DNA from: Octopus vulgaris
Lineage: Eukaryota
Length of the DNA stretch: 64,000 bases
Direction: 5' to 3'
Assembly (NCBI GenBank): GCA_951406725.2
Contig: OX597831.1
Location: 67,022,001-67,086,000, forward strand
The position numbers and the translations under genes are program-made. Positions 43,105 through 56,396 of this stretch are shown piece after piece. The notes beneath the pieces were generated by a model. That model was not told where the DNA came from. It saw only the letters and a list, made by a program, of their open reading frames with translations, and searched no databases. Each line of letters starts with the position of its first letter. The first letter of the stretch is position 1.

Positions 43105-44448
43105 TATATATAAAGCAATTTAGGTTTTTTTTTTCCACATATTTTTGTGAAATCAATTTAATTTTAATTGCAACATGTTTAGATATGTGAACATACATTA
43201 GAATTCATTTGAATTAAAATGAGATGTCCCGTATTTGTGTTCATCAAACCTGGCAATAATACATATACAGCCTCTCATAGAGATTAATTTGCTCAAAAAC
43301 ATAAAATCTTGGTATAGATATTGCCTTTGTTACCATATTAAATTCTTTGCTTACTAACTTTATTCTAAACCCTACACTGATCTCTATGAACAAAATACTT
43401 AATGCACCAGTGATCCTCATATTCATAAACACTTGTGCCAGTTGCATTGCCTTGCCTCCTCTACACCTATTTGCACATTCCACCCCACTGATTGATAGAC
43501 CAAACTTTTTTTCCGAATCGCAAAAGCACATATTATTTTTTTACAGACCTCAACTTGTCCGCTCACAAATATATACATCTTCAAACTGTGACTCTGCATT
43601 CAAATAAAAGTATATAAAAAAGAGAGAGAGAGAGAAAAAGATAAAAACAAAAATCTTCCCTATCTCTACATTTTAAAAGTCCAACGAATAAAAATTCCAT
43701 AAAATAATATCACAGTTCGTAAGTTCATATTCTCAAGACGGCTGTGAAATACTGAGCATTCCCATAAACAATAAAATTGGTACCACGCACACACAACTCT
43801 GGATTTATAAACAATTTGTGGTCGAAAATTAATTATCACACCCCACACCCCCAAAAACAAAATCTTTCTTGCTTCCGAATAAACGTCCTACCATTTAAGC
43901 AAGACAGTCATGCGGATTTTCTTTACACACTTAAAGACTCATTTCGACATGCAGCTCACGTCGATTATATTACTTTGGTAATCTTAAGTTTCCTTAAAAT
44001 AATCTCATAAATGGCAAGATATCTTGTCTTAATTAAATGGATTGGCGAAAATGTATAGCGTAGGAATCAATTATAAAAGAAATTGGAAGATTTTAATCTA
44101 AACGATATTAAGCATAATATATATGTAAACAACCGCTTTAATTAGATTATCATTTCACACTTTCGTTTATAATATGAATAATATGTATACATATATATAA
44201 AATCTGTGGACGTTAGTTCATAATTTATCCAAGCATTCGTGTAGTTAACCTATTTTGGAATTCGTTTTTCGGCAAATTTTCTCTCTCTCTCTTTCTCTTT
44301 GGTTTTCGTTCCGTTTCGAAAAAGCCATTACGGGAAGTTATATTAACCAATAGAAAGCCTAAACCAAAGCAGAAAGGAGACTTAATCAGCCCCTCTTATT
44401 TTTTTGCGAATGATTGTCTAAAAGGTAACATATTTCTGCAGTTATGCA

Positions 44449-44479
<31 letters not shown>

Positions 44480-44523
44480 GATACACACACATATATGTAT
44501 ATATACACATTAATGAGAGAGCG

Positions 44524-44571
<48 letters not shown>

Positions 44572-44741
44572 GTATATATATGTGTGTGTGTACATACACA
44601 CGTATGTGTTCATTGCACGTTCAAATATAGTTTTTCTTTTGTGAATTGAGTCTGTTGTTGATTTCCTTTCATTTGTCTTCATTGTGAAGAAAAAGGCTTC
44701 AAAAATCCAAAAAGCAAACAAAAAATTAAATTCGTAGTCAT

Positions 44742-44790
<49 letters not shown>

Positions 44791-45041
44791 TGTTAATTAA
44801 TCGGTTTGTCGAGTACTTTTACTCCTGGCGAGGGTTCTTTTTGCTGGTTCTTCTGCAAAGCTTATTTGAGATCTCTCAGGCAACAAAGACAAGGGAAAAA
44901 CAAAACTGGACAATAATTACTAAACTATATATTAGATTGTACTACTGTTACTATACTAATGTATTATACTCATTACTAGGCTACTGTAATGCGTACACAC
45001 ACATATATTTGATTATAATAGTCCCATATTGGTGTGTGTGT

Positions 45042-45082
<41 letters not shown>

Positions 45083-45110
45083 ACATATATATACACACAT
45101 GTATGTATGA

Positions 45111-45155
<45 letters not shown>

Positions 45156-46364
45156 TGTGCTCGATTACAGTCGCTCTAAAAAATCTATACGTATGTTTAT
45201 GGGTTTGTGTATTGGGGGTGAAGAAATGTGTGATTTGGTGGGTGGAGAAATAGTTGGATGGCAATAAGAATTCTTGCTTTTGTAAAAGACAGATATGCAT
45301 ATTGTGTGTGTGTATGAAGGATTGTAAGAGAAAATAGGAAATTGAAGTCGATGCATATGTTGGTATGTGTGTGTTGAGGACAATGATCGGTGTGTGTATG
45401 TATCGATCTTGGTGCGTATGTATATCGATCTCTGCGCATGTGCTTGTGTGTACATGTTGTAGTGGTAGTGGTGGTAACGAAGGGAATGTTCGGAGTGTTT
45501 TTAACAAGGGAGGGAAGAAAGTAGAAGGCATGAGACAAAGATATATTGGGTCTGAGCCGTGGCGTCATGGCGTCGGCTTTTACTTGTACTTTCCCTACTC
45601 CCACTTTTTTTTTTAGCCTTCAACTCTTGTTCCGCGCACCGCTTCCCAATAATTCTATAATTCCAGCTTAATTAGTTACTCGGATCCCGGGAAAACGCTT
45701 TGAACTCCACTATTATTTTCTTTCTCCAAAATCATGCTTATGTAACAGTAATCATTTTTAGTTTAAATCAGATCAAAGAAGGCATGAGCGTCACACAATC
45801 GCATCCACTTTTATTAATTTATGGCAATTGTGTCTGAACAAGAAATCAATATTGGTTGTAGTAATGGTGGTTGCAAAACCAGAATATTATTTAGGGTAAC
45901 TGTAGTGCTATGATAAAATTATCAACGCATCCAATCCGTTGTTCTCGCATCACTTAGTTGCTACTCCCTGGACATAGCTATAAACATCGGAAATTTCAAT
46001 TCTTTCCATTGTCACAAATTAGAGATTGTTCGACTGTTTCCTTGTTACTATCCTGACGAATTTGTCACAGGTGAAGCTGAGCAAGTGCTTGGTGAAACCA
46101 ATTTGAAACCCAGCTTTTGAATTTTGATTCCACTTGGAATTATCATATTTGGCTAAATGCCTTGTGATGATGAGACATAAATATCAAAATGATATCTTTT
46201 TCCCTTGCATTAAAAATTCTAAGAATTCTGTACATTCGGACACTATAGCTAATTCTTACAATTCTGTAATATCTTCATAGTAATACTCTATCGTGGCAAA
46301 TATCTCCATCTCCCACACACGCATCTGTCCTATCCACGCCAGCATGGAAAGTGGAAGTTAAATG

Positions 46365-46408
<44 letters not shown>

Positions 46409-46409
<1 letters not shown>

Positions 46410-46800
46410 TTATTTACTACTTGTTTCAGTCATTGGACTACAGTGATGCTGGGGCACCGCCTTCAATGGTTTAATCAAAGAAATCTGCTCCACTACTTAT
46501 TTTTAAGCCTGATACTTATTCCATTGTTTTCTTCTGTCTGTCTTCGGGGATGTAGACGGACTGATACTGGTTGTCAAGCAGTGTTGGAAACCTGCACATG
46601 ATACAAAAACACGTGTCTATGTGTGTGTGTACACACACACACACACACACTCGATGGCCCGTTTTCAGTTTCTGTCCATCAGATCCACTCACAAGTTTTT
46701 GGTTCGCCCAGGGCTATTGTAAAAGACAAAGGTGACATGCAGTAGAACTGAACCTGAAACCCTCAGGTTGGGAACAAGTTTCCTATCACACAACCATGAC
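46409..46800 (-). mobile_element. Diverged SINE family 1 copy
   Basis: cttgtttcagtcatt...ttcagtttc...atccactcacaag. Confidence 0.7.
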
Positions 46801-46954
46801 TGTGTGTGTATATTATGTATCGTTATAAGAATAGTATTACTTGGCATATGTTCATTGTTGGAAACGCTAAAATCCCATATGTATGTATATTTTTTGGTAT
46901 ATATATATATATATATATATTACCTTTTGGTAACATATTGCACACAGCTGTATG

Positions 46955-47000
<46 letters not shown>

Positions 47001-47003
<3 letters not shown>

Positions 47004-47318
47004 CATCATCATCATCGTTTAGCGTCCGCTTTCCATGCTGGCATGGGTTGGACGGTTCAACTGGGGTCTGGGAAGCCAGAAGGCTGCACCAGGCCCAGTC
47101 TGATCTGGCAATGTTTCTACGGCTGGATGCCCTTCCTAACGCCAACCACTCCATGAGTGTAGTGGGTGCTTTTTACGTGCCACTGGCACAGGTGCCAGAC
47201 GAGGCTGGCAAACGGCTACGGTCGGATTGTGCCTTTTACGTGCCACCGGCACGGAGGCCAGGCGAGGCTGGCAAACGGCCACGATCGGATGGTGCTTTTT
47301 ACGTGCCAGCACCACAGT
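47001..47318 (-). mobile_element. RTE 3' UTR fragment with (GAT)n tail
   Basis: Same family as 5983-6177. Confidence 0.85.
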
Positions 47319-47634
47319 TTTATTAAGGTAAAATCAACAAAGAAAGTACTCCTTCCAGTATAAAGAGATAAATATCATTTATTGTATTCAGTTTAAAGAT
47401 ACAACATACTAATAAGACATTTGCCAAAGTTGCCATGCTGTAGAACTGAACCTGAAACCCTCAGGTTAGGAACAAGTTTCTTATCACACAACCATGACTG
47501 TGTGTATATTATGTATCGTTATAAGAATAGTATTATTTGGCATATGTTCATTGTTGGAAACACTACCTTCCCATATATATGTATATATCTTTTGGTATAT
47601 ATATATATATTATAACATTGCACACAGCTGTCTG

Positions 47635-47676
<42 letters not shown>

Positions 47677-47706
47677 CCTTTTGGTAACATTGCACACAGC
47701 TGTCTG

Positions 47707-47751
<45 letters not shown>

Positions 47752-47892
47752 TATAGTTTACTATATATATATATAGAGAGAGAGAGATATATATAGTTTA
47801 CTATATATATATGTATATAGATATAGTTTACAGTTTTATGAAGGTGAGATCAACAAAGAAAGTTCTCCATCCAGTATAAAGAGATAAATATC

Positions 47893-48183
47893 TCATTTTT
47901 GGATTTGGTTTGCAAGATTCTTTATATGAGTTCGTGTGTTGAAGCATATTCTGTTGTGTCTGGGGAGAGTCGTTTTCTTTTTGTGCCTTATAACACATTC
48001 ACCTGTAAAATTTCCACTTATTTCAGTGCGTCTTGCAACTTTTTCAATAGTCTTACTATTGAAAAGGTTGCAAGATGCAGTGAAAATTTTAGGAAAATAA
48101 AAATTAGAAATAAGTGGAAATTTTACCGGTGAGTGTATTACATTATATGGTACAAAAAGAAAACGACTCTCCCCAGACACAAC
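47893..48183. mobile_element. 291-bp foldback insertion flanked by 13-bp TSD AGAGATAAATATC
   Basis: TSD at 47880-47892 and 48184-48196; inverted arms 47950-48050 and 48052-48187; empty paralogous site at about 47364-47376. Confidence 0.8.
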
Positions 48184-48599
48184 AGAGATAAATATCATTT
48201 AATGTATTCAGTATAAAGATACAACATACTAATAGTTTCTTGCTGTGAAGACATATGTCTAGGTAGGTTTTTTTAAATTTTATGCCCTTTGTCTCCAACC
48301 TAATATCAGGCTCTGAGCACATGGTCTGATCTATTTGAAAATCAGGATGCTGGTAAAGAAATTACAAGAAGGTTGTTGCAAAAAAAGTGGATAGGTGAAT
48401 AAAAACAAAAAAGGAAAGGAAAGAAAAAAATTAGAGTTACGTGCCCTTTGACTGTAGAAACTGTAATTAAACTAGTAGAAAATAATTCAACAGAGAGGGG
48501 TCCAAGGTCTGTGAGACAGCTGCTCATTTCAGAAAGGGTTGTTACCTCCAGTTCATCAAAATAAATTTGTTCATAATCTTGCATTTGATGAAAATTTTG

Positions 48600-48950
48600 T
48601 TATCTGGAATTAAGTAGTGCAGTAAAATTCTTAGAGCTAAAAAGAATGTGCAATCTTTCAGTTATGCATAAGATGCATTTTTAGATCCGTTTGCATATGG
48701 CATGGATTTCTCTATGATTCTCCATTTGATTATTTGTCATGGTCTTCAAACCCCATACATGGCTAGCCAGCTTAGTGGCTTTAATTTTGTCGATGTACTG
48801 GAAAGAAGATTGGTGGTTTGCATAACATCTTGCAGCATCCTGATTTTCAAATAGATCAGACCATGTGCTCTGAGCCAGGAGATTGTTTGGAGACATAGGG
48901 TGTGTTATAAAAGACCTGCTTACACACTTGTCTTCATAGCAAGAAACCCT
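48600..48950 (-). mobile_element. Penelope-like GIY-YIG endonuclease relic
   Basis: YANHQSSF...ATKLASHVWGLK resembles the PLE RY.NH.SSF...T.LS.Y.W.LK motif. Confidence 0.6.
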
Positions 48951-48986
48951 TAGTAGCTTGTATCTTTATACTGTGCACATTAAATA

Positions 48987-50200
48987 ATGTATACCCAGTG
49001 TAAGCTATGGACACATAAGAGGTGCAGCAACATCCAAGGAAAGTTAACTGAGAAGATAGCTTTCGTGTGCGGCAGATGCACAGGGGCAATAGACACCACT
49101 GACACTCAGAAAACAGATTCCATTACATTCCAGAGGGAGGAACTAGAAGTAGTTGATAGTTTCTGCTACCTAGATGACCAAGTTAGTAGTGGGAGTGGAT
49201 GCTCAGAGAGTGTTACTAACTAGAATAAGAATAGCCTGGACAAAGTTTAGAAAGCTTCTTCCCCTACAGGTGACAAAGGGTCTCTCGCTCAGAGTGAAAA
49301 GTAGATTGTATGACACATGTGTGTGAACTGCCATGCTTCATGGCAGTGAAACATGGGCTGTGACTGCGAAAGGACATGCGTAGGCTCGAAAGAAATGAAG
49401 CTAGCATGATCCGTTGGATGTGTAATGTCAGTGTCCAGGCATGACAGAGTGTAATTGCTCTGAGAGAAATGCTGGACATAAGAAGCATCAGATGTGGCAT
49501 GCAGGAGAGATGTTTGCGTTGGTATGGTCATGTACTACGGATGGATGAGGAGAGACATGTGAAGAAGTGCCACTCCCAAACATTTGAAGGAATCCGGGGT
49601 AGAGGTAGACCCAGGAAGATATGGGATGAAGTGGTCAAGCATGACCTTCGTACGTTGGGCCTCACAGAGGCTATGATGAATGACCGAGACCTCTGGAGAT
49701 ATGCTGTGACTTCAAAGACCCAACAAATGAAGTGAGTTCATGGCTCACAGGATGGCCTGCTGTGCTAACCTTGGATTGTAGAGTGACCCGCTGTTCTTGA
49801 GGAGACCTATTGAGTCAAGTACGTCAACACCAACATCAGAATAAAAATCAAATGGAAATTATAGTTAAGATTCCCGTGCAGGTGGCATGTATAAAGCACC
49901 ATCCAAATGTGGCTGATGCCAGTGCCACCTGACTGGCGTCCATGTCGGTGACACGTAAAAAGCACCAACCGATCGTAGCCATTTACCAGCCTGCTCTAGC
50001 CCCTGTGCCGGTGGCACATAAAAAGCACCCACTACACTCACGGACTGGTTGGCGTTAGGAAGTGCATCCAGCTGTAGAAACACTGCCAGATCAGACTGGA
50101 GCCTGGCGCAGCCTTCTGGCTTCCCAGACCCCAGTCAAACCGTCCAACCCATGGTAGCATGGAAAACGGACGTTAAACACCGCTGCTGCCGCCGATGACG
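48987..50200 (+). mobile_element. 5'-truncated RTE LINE: PHD-like finger, C-terminus and complete 3' UTR
   Basis: CKLWTHKRC...FVCGRC, EVVDSFCYL, LRWYGHVLRM, RGRGRPRKIW; 3' UTR ends atggaaaacggacgttaaa. Confidence 0.9.
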
Positions 50201-50888
50201 TGTGTGTGTATATATGTATACATATAAATAGTATTTATTAGCACAATATAGTTGAATTGTTAAGAAGTTCATTTTGCAACCATGGGGTCCTGGGTTTGAT
50301 CTTGAGCAATTATCTTTTAATGGCCCTGACCAACTGATCCTGGGGAGTGAAATTAGGTAGGTGGAGATGTACAGAGGCTATTGGTTAGATTGTACCTTTA
50401 AAAATTCAAGAGATACAGTTTTTACACTGATTCTACCTGAAGGTAGAAATGTCTGTGGAATACCTAACTGCCTACACATTAATTAAAGAGTAGGTAAATC
50501 AGTTGAACTACCAAAGCCTCATTGTTGGATGATTTGTAAATGATAGATTTATTTAAAAAAATAATAATAATTACCAGGCAACAATGTGAAAAATGAGTTT
50601 CCTGATGCTCTGTCAATGATCAGTCCAAAAATGAATACAAACTTTGGTGTTCCACATCTCCAGTATTCCCTTCCTATGATGATAGTTCGAGTAGGATTAC
50701 TGCTTCGTCATCATTACTCCATACTACTGAATCTCATACAGGTTTGACATAAGGCTGTGATTTAAAGAGTCAGCTTTTCCTCCCAGGTGAAATATTTTCT
50801 CTTGATTGATCTCTTACTTTCATTGAAGAAAATTCAGAATCTACTTGGATGGGAAACTAAGTATAATCATGTTTCAGGCTATGGCACA

Positions 50889-51161
50889 TCATTATCATCA
50901 TCATCATCATTGTTTAACGTCCGCTTTCCATGCTAGCATGGGTTGGATAGTTCAGCTGGGGTCTGGGAAGCCAGAAGGCTGCACCAGGCCCAGTCAGATC
51001 TGGCAGTGTTTCTACAGCTGGATGCCCTTCCTAACGCCAACCACTCCGTGAGTGTAGTGGGTGCTTTTTACGTGCCACCGACACAGGTGCCAGATGAGGC
51101 TGGCAAACGGCCATGCTCGGATGGTGTTTTTTATGTGCCACCGGCACGGATGTGCCACCGA
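50889..51161 (-). mobile_element. RTE 3' UTR fragment
   Basis: (CAT)n followed by ttaacgtccgctttccatgc. Confidence 0.85.
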
Positions 51162-52618
51162 CAGACAAAATTGGATAGTTTGCCATATTGATTACACATA
51201 TAGTTGTCATCCACAAAGAATTTCTTATATAAATGGTGAGCAGTAGATAAGAACATATCATGTTGACTTCATAGGAATCACTATCCTACAAGTTCCTATA
51301 CCTACATGACAATTTCTTGCAAGCCACATGCTTTTTCCCACCTCAGATACTGTTCTGTTGGCTGCATTTTACTGAGTGAACCTGGTGTTTTTTTTTTCTG
51401 ATTAACTGTGTTTCATCTCAGCCATTATCGTGTTAGTTATTAGTACTAATTTGGTAAAAATGGCTTGAAATTCATCAACCATCATTGAACATCTCTCTCA
51501 GTGAACATGCATCCTCACTAAAGACTGTATCTCAAAAACTGGCTACAAAATATGTAACCCTCTAACAAAACTCAGTTTAAACCTACTACAGAGGACTGCT
51601 CACACACCAGAGATGGTGCTGCTGCTACTCACACATAGACATTCTAAGCTACATTCACAGAAAAGCCAGTCAACTGATTTGTATGGAGCTGTTCATAAAA
51701 AATACTCCAACTTCTGGTCTGCACGTGTGTTGTTTACTCCTTTTGCTTATTCTACTGCTACTACAGTGGTTTCTGCTTCTGGGAGCTTGTTGGCTTGTGT
51801 GATTCAGGCACTTCTGATCCATTTCTCCTCCTATCACCCATGTTATATCTACTCCACCATGTCCTGCTCTAACCATTATTTCCAGTTCTTCCCAGTGAAA
51901 TTCTCTCTTGGGATGTTTTTCTTGTTGCTGTCACCTTACAGCTGTTCAAGAGGAACATTAAAGGCATCAATCTCACCAGTACCCGGGGCCTGTGATATCC
52001 ATAGCCACTGCTGCTACTTCTCGACCAAATCAATAAAAAAAGAAACAAAAACAAAAAAAAAACATTCTGTACTCCAAGTCTGATGTCTATACATTAAACT
52101 ACCATAACTTTATCTTTCTTTTCCTCTGCTTTTTGTTCCTTACTTCACTTAGTACTTTTGCTGAATTTGGTCTGAGTACTTCCGCACATGAAAAAATACA
52201 GTAAACTGATAATACTCTGAGTATGTATAAGACCCCAATCTTATCTGTTTTCCTGAGTTTGGCTTTTACTGCAATGTTAAGCTTCATTATAACAAGTTGT
52301 TTTTTGTTTCCCACTTATCATTATCGTTTAACGTCCGTTTTCCATGCTAGCATGTGTTGCGAAAATGAGGTATTGGTACATGTGTGTGTGTGTGTGTATA
52401 TTTGTGTATGCATATATGCATTAGTAGTTGTGACAAATGTAAGTAAAAGTACTCAGTACCATAAAATAAAGTAGTAATTTAATCAGCTTAAACTAGCCCT
52501 ATAAACCACCTGGCTTCCCAACCCCTTGGTTTTGGGTTCAGCCCCGTTGCTGCACCTTGGAAAAGTCTCTTGTGAGTGGATATGGTAGATAGAAACAGAA
52601 AGAAACCCATTATATATA

Positions 52619-52930
52619 TCATCATCATCATCATCGTTTAGCGTCCGCTTTCCATGCAGGCATGGGTTGGACGGTTCAACTGGGGTCTGGGAAGCCAGAA
52701 GGCTGCACCAGGCTCCAGTCTGATCTGGCAGTGTTTCTACAGCTGGATGCCCTTCCTAAAGCCAACCACTCCATAAGTGTAGTGGGTGCTTTTTACGTGC
52801 TACCAGTCGGGGCGGCGCTGGCAATGGCCACGTTCAGATGGTTCTCTTATGTGCCACCTGCACTGGTATCACAGTTACAATTTCCATTGATGTTGATCGA
52901 TTTTGATTTTGATTTTCACTTGCCTCAACA
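52619..52930 (-). mobile_element. RTE 3' UTR fragment
   Basis: (CAT)n followed by ttagcgtccgctttccatgc. Confidence 0.85.
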
Positions 52931-53287
52931 GATGTTTATGTCTCCTTGTTTCTATAAATTGTTTACTAGATACAAGCAGGTTTGTCTCCTCTCTAGGCTC
53001 ATCTCTCATTACCATGCAGCATCATAATTCTAACATAAGCATCATACAGTCTACTCTTTTTTCTTGTTCTACTGCTACTACAGTGGTTTCTGCTTCTTGG
53101 AGCTAGTTGGCTTGTGCGATTCAGGCACTTCTGATTCATTTCTCCTCCTATCACCCATGTTATGTCTACTCCACCATGTCCTGCTCTAACCATTATTCAG
53201 CTGGAAATACCAACAACTTTTTCTGCATTTCTTATTACTACACAACATGGTTTGAATTCCACATCCTAGCCTGTCCAGTCATATGAT

Positions 53288-53700
53288 ACTCTCTCTCTTT
53301 ACTCTTTTACTTGTTTCAGTCATTTGACTGCGGCCATGCTGGAGCACCGCCTTTAATCGAGCAACTCGACCCCGGGACTTATTCTTTGTAAGCCCAGTAC
53401 TTATTCTATCGGCCTCTTTTGCCGAACTGCTAAGTGACGGGGACATAAACACACCAGCATCGGTTCTCAAGCGATGTTGGATGGGGCAAACACAGACACA
53501 CAAACATACACGCACACATACATACACATATATACATATATACGATGGGCTTCTTTCAGTTTCCGTCTACCAAATCCACTCACAAGGCCTTGGTCGGCCC
53601 AAGGCTACAGTAGAAGACACTTGCCCAAGGTGCCACGCAGTGAGACTGAACCCGGAACCATGTGGTTGGTAAACAAGCTACTTACCTCACAGCCACTCCT
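53288..53700 (-). mobile_element. SINE family 1
   Basis: Reverse complement of 58761-59179. Confidence 0.92.
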
Positions 53701-54529
53701 TTCAAGTCTACCTTTTGGCACATTTTTTTATTATATATACGCACACATACATATGCATCTATGTTTTAAAAGAAAATTGAAAGATATGGGTTTTATTTAT
53801 TCCGAGGATGTATATGTACATCTGAAGGAAAAAGAATCCTTAGTTGTTAACAGATGTGATTGCTTGAACTTTCCCATCTTCTTCTTACTCTACCTTCTAC
53901 TCTACCTTCTGAACAACAACCTTCACTTCTAATGTTGTTTCCTAGATAACAATTACTATCAACTACATCAAGTGAACCAGCTGTGCATCCAAGAGTCTTT
54001 CCAATATGCTCTTAGTGTTTTTATTGCTCCAGTGCATCTTCTTCATACAAAGCTTGGCTTCCCTGTTTGCTTGGGAGTTCACTACATCTCTTGTGTGTCC
54101 ATACCTTAAACTAGGTACAGCATCTGGAGTTCATATCTTCTCCTTTCCTATATTGAGCAGGCTATTTTCCTGATAATACTGAAGTACTGTTTTTTTTTCC
54201 CCCACTTACTAGCCACTTAGTTTTTGCTAAGTTTGCCTTGAGGTCTCTTGGTTCTAGGTTTACTTTCATTCCTAGAATTTCTTCTTTAATTTTATTACAG
54301 GTTCAGTTATAAGAATTAGATCAATAGCATATAGAAGTTCCCTTGGGTAGCTGGCCTGTAAGAATATGATGGATGAGAGGGGACTGAAGAACTTGTTGAC
54401 TCTCACTTTACTACATCCCTGTACATAACTAACAAGCCTTTCGACTATACCTTGTTTCTTTAGATGCTCATCAGATTACAGATTGTAGAAACCTGTCAAA
54501 AGCCGTCTCCAAGTCAACAAAAGTCACTT

Positions 54530-54830
54530 GAGTTAAGTTAATTTTTTGGCTCAAAATGCAAAAAGCAAGGCCATGTAGGGGGACATGGAGTTATGTACAG
54601 GGAGGTTGTTCATGCAATGAGTTCAGGCCATTTCTGGTCAAGAGAGACTTTGAACCGAGCGGTCGTCGGCATCTTCACTATCTCGTCCGGCAGCTTATTC
54701 CATGGATCTGCAACCCAGACGGAGAAAGCCCCTCTCCTTCGATTGAGATGAAATCGTCGCAGATAGAGCTTTTCGGAGTGACCCCGCAGCTGACGCTCTG
54801 GAGCAGGCGTCTACTCTTGTAGTCTACTCT
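54530..54830 (-). mobile_element. CR1 LINE 3' end fragment (different family from 1-5131)
   Basis: Minus-strand translation LRGHSEKLYLRRFHLNRRRGAFSVWVADPWNKLPDEIV...FKVSLD. Confidence 0.75.
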
Positions 54831-55320
54831 TAGCAACCTATTTCTTCTGCAGGAAGATTGCATCAGTTTATCTCTTTCATGTATAAAGCCAAACTGCATT
54901 TCATTGTCACCAACTCCATTCATAATCATTTGCGCCCTTACTCTCAACATCTGCAGAGCTTGATCCAGAAATTTGATGCTTCTGTAATACTTTCTCTCCC
55001 ATGCATCACCTTTGTATATATAGTAATGAATAATTGATATTTTTCAACATTTATATAACAATCTGATTGGAATGTTTGTTCAAACTGATTGGCTTGTTTC
55101 CTCAGTATTAAGAGCAATATGTGTATGTGTGTGTATTTTCTATTAATACTGAAGTGCTTGTTATATCCAGCTGGAAATACCAACAACTTTTTCTGCATTT
55201 CTTATTACTACACAACATGGCTTGAACTCCACATCCTAGCCTGTCCAGTCATATGATGGTTAATTTCAAGTCTGCCTTTTGGCACACTTTTTGATTAAAT
55301 ACACGCACACATACATATGC

Positions 55321-55680
55321 ATCATCATCATCATCGTTTAACGTCTGTTACCGTGCTAGCACGGGTTGGACGGTTTGACCGGGGTCTGGGAAGCCAGGAG
55401 GCTGCACCAGACTCCAGTCTGATCTGGCAGTGTTTCTGCAGCTGGATACCCTTCTTAATGCCAACCACTCCGTGAGTGTAGTGGATGCTTTTTACGTGCC
55501 ACCGGCACAGAAGCCAGTCAAGGCGGCGCTGGCATTGGCCACGTTCGGACGGTGCTTTTTACGTGCCACCGGCACAGGGATCGCAACTGCTATTTCCATT
55601 TGATATTTATTTCGATGTTTATGTACTCGACTCAATAGGTCTCCTCAAGCACAGCAGGTCATGTGCCACTGGCACAGAAG
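55321..55680 (-). mobile_element. RTE 3' UTR fragment
   Basis: (CAT)n followed by family sequence. Confidence 0.85.
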
Positions 55681-56013
55681 CCTCTATGTTTTAAAAGAAA
55701 ACTGAAAGATTTGGGTTTTATTTATTCCGAGGATGTATGTATACATCATCATCATTTCAATGTCTACTTTTCCATGCTTACTTGAATCAGACAAGAGTAT
55801 GCTGAAGTAGAGTTTTGTATGACTAGATGCCCTTCCTCTTGCAACCACCTTGTTTCTAGTCTATCAAACTACAAGCAGTCTAGACATGCTCTTTGTAAGC
55901 TAATGACATTGTTTAGTAAGTCACTTTTTTACAAACAAGGTTACACAAGGGAAATAATTCAAACGCGCAGACATGGACACAGATGTATATATCACAGGCT
56001 TCTTTCAATTTCC

Positions 56014-56396
56014 GTGGTTGTGTGGTAAGTAGCTTGCTTATCAACCACATGGTTCTGGGTTCAGTCCCACTGCGTGGCACCTTGGGCAAGTGTCTTCTAC
56101 TACAGCCTTGGGTTGACCAAAGCCTTGTGAGTGGATTTGGTAGATGGAAATTGAAAGAAGCCTGTCATATATATGTATATATATATGTGTTTGTGTGTCT
56201 GTTTGTCCCTCAGCATCGATTGACAACCGATGCTGGTGTGTTTAATTCCCCACAACTTAGCGGTTCGGCAAAAGAGACCAATAGAATAAGTACTAGGCTT
56301 ACAAAGAATAAGTCCTGGGGTCGATTTGCTCGACTAAAGGGCGGTGCTCCAGCATGGCTGCAGTCAAATGACTGAAACAAGTAGAAGAGTAAAAGA
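56014..56396 (+). mobile_element. SINE family 1
   Basis: Matches the other copies. Confidence 0.9.

Noticed and set aside
43244-43607. Short ORFs or snoRNA-like boxes
   Set aside because: No recognisable domain and no properly arranged C/D boxes with a terminal stem
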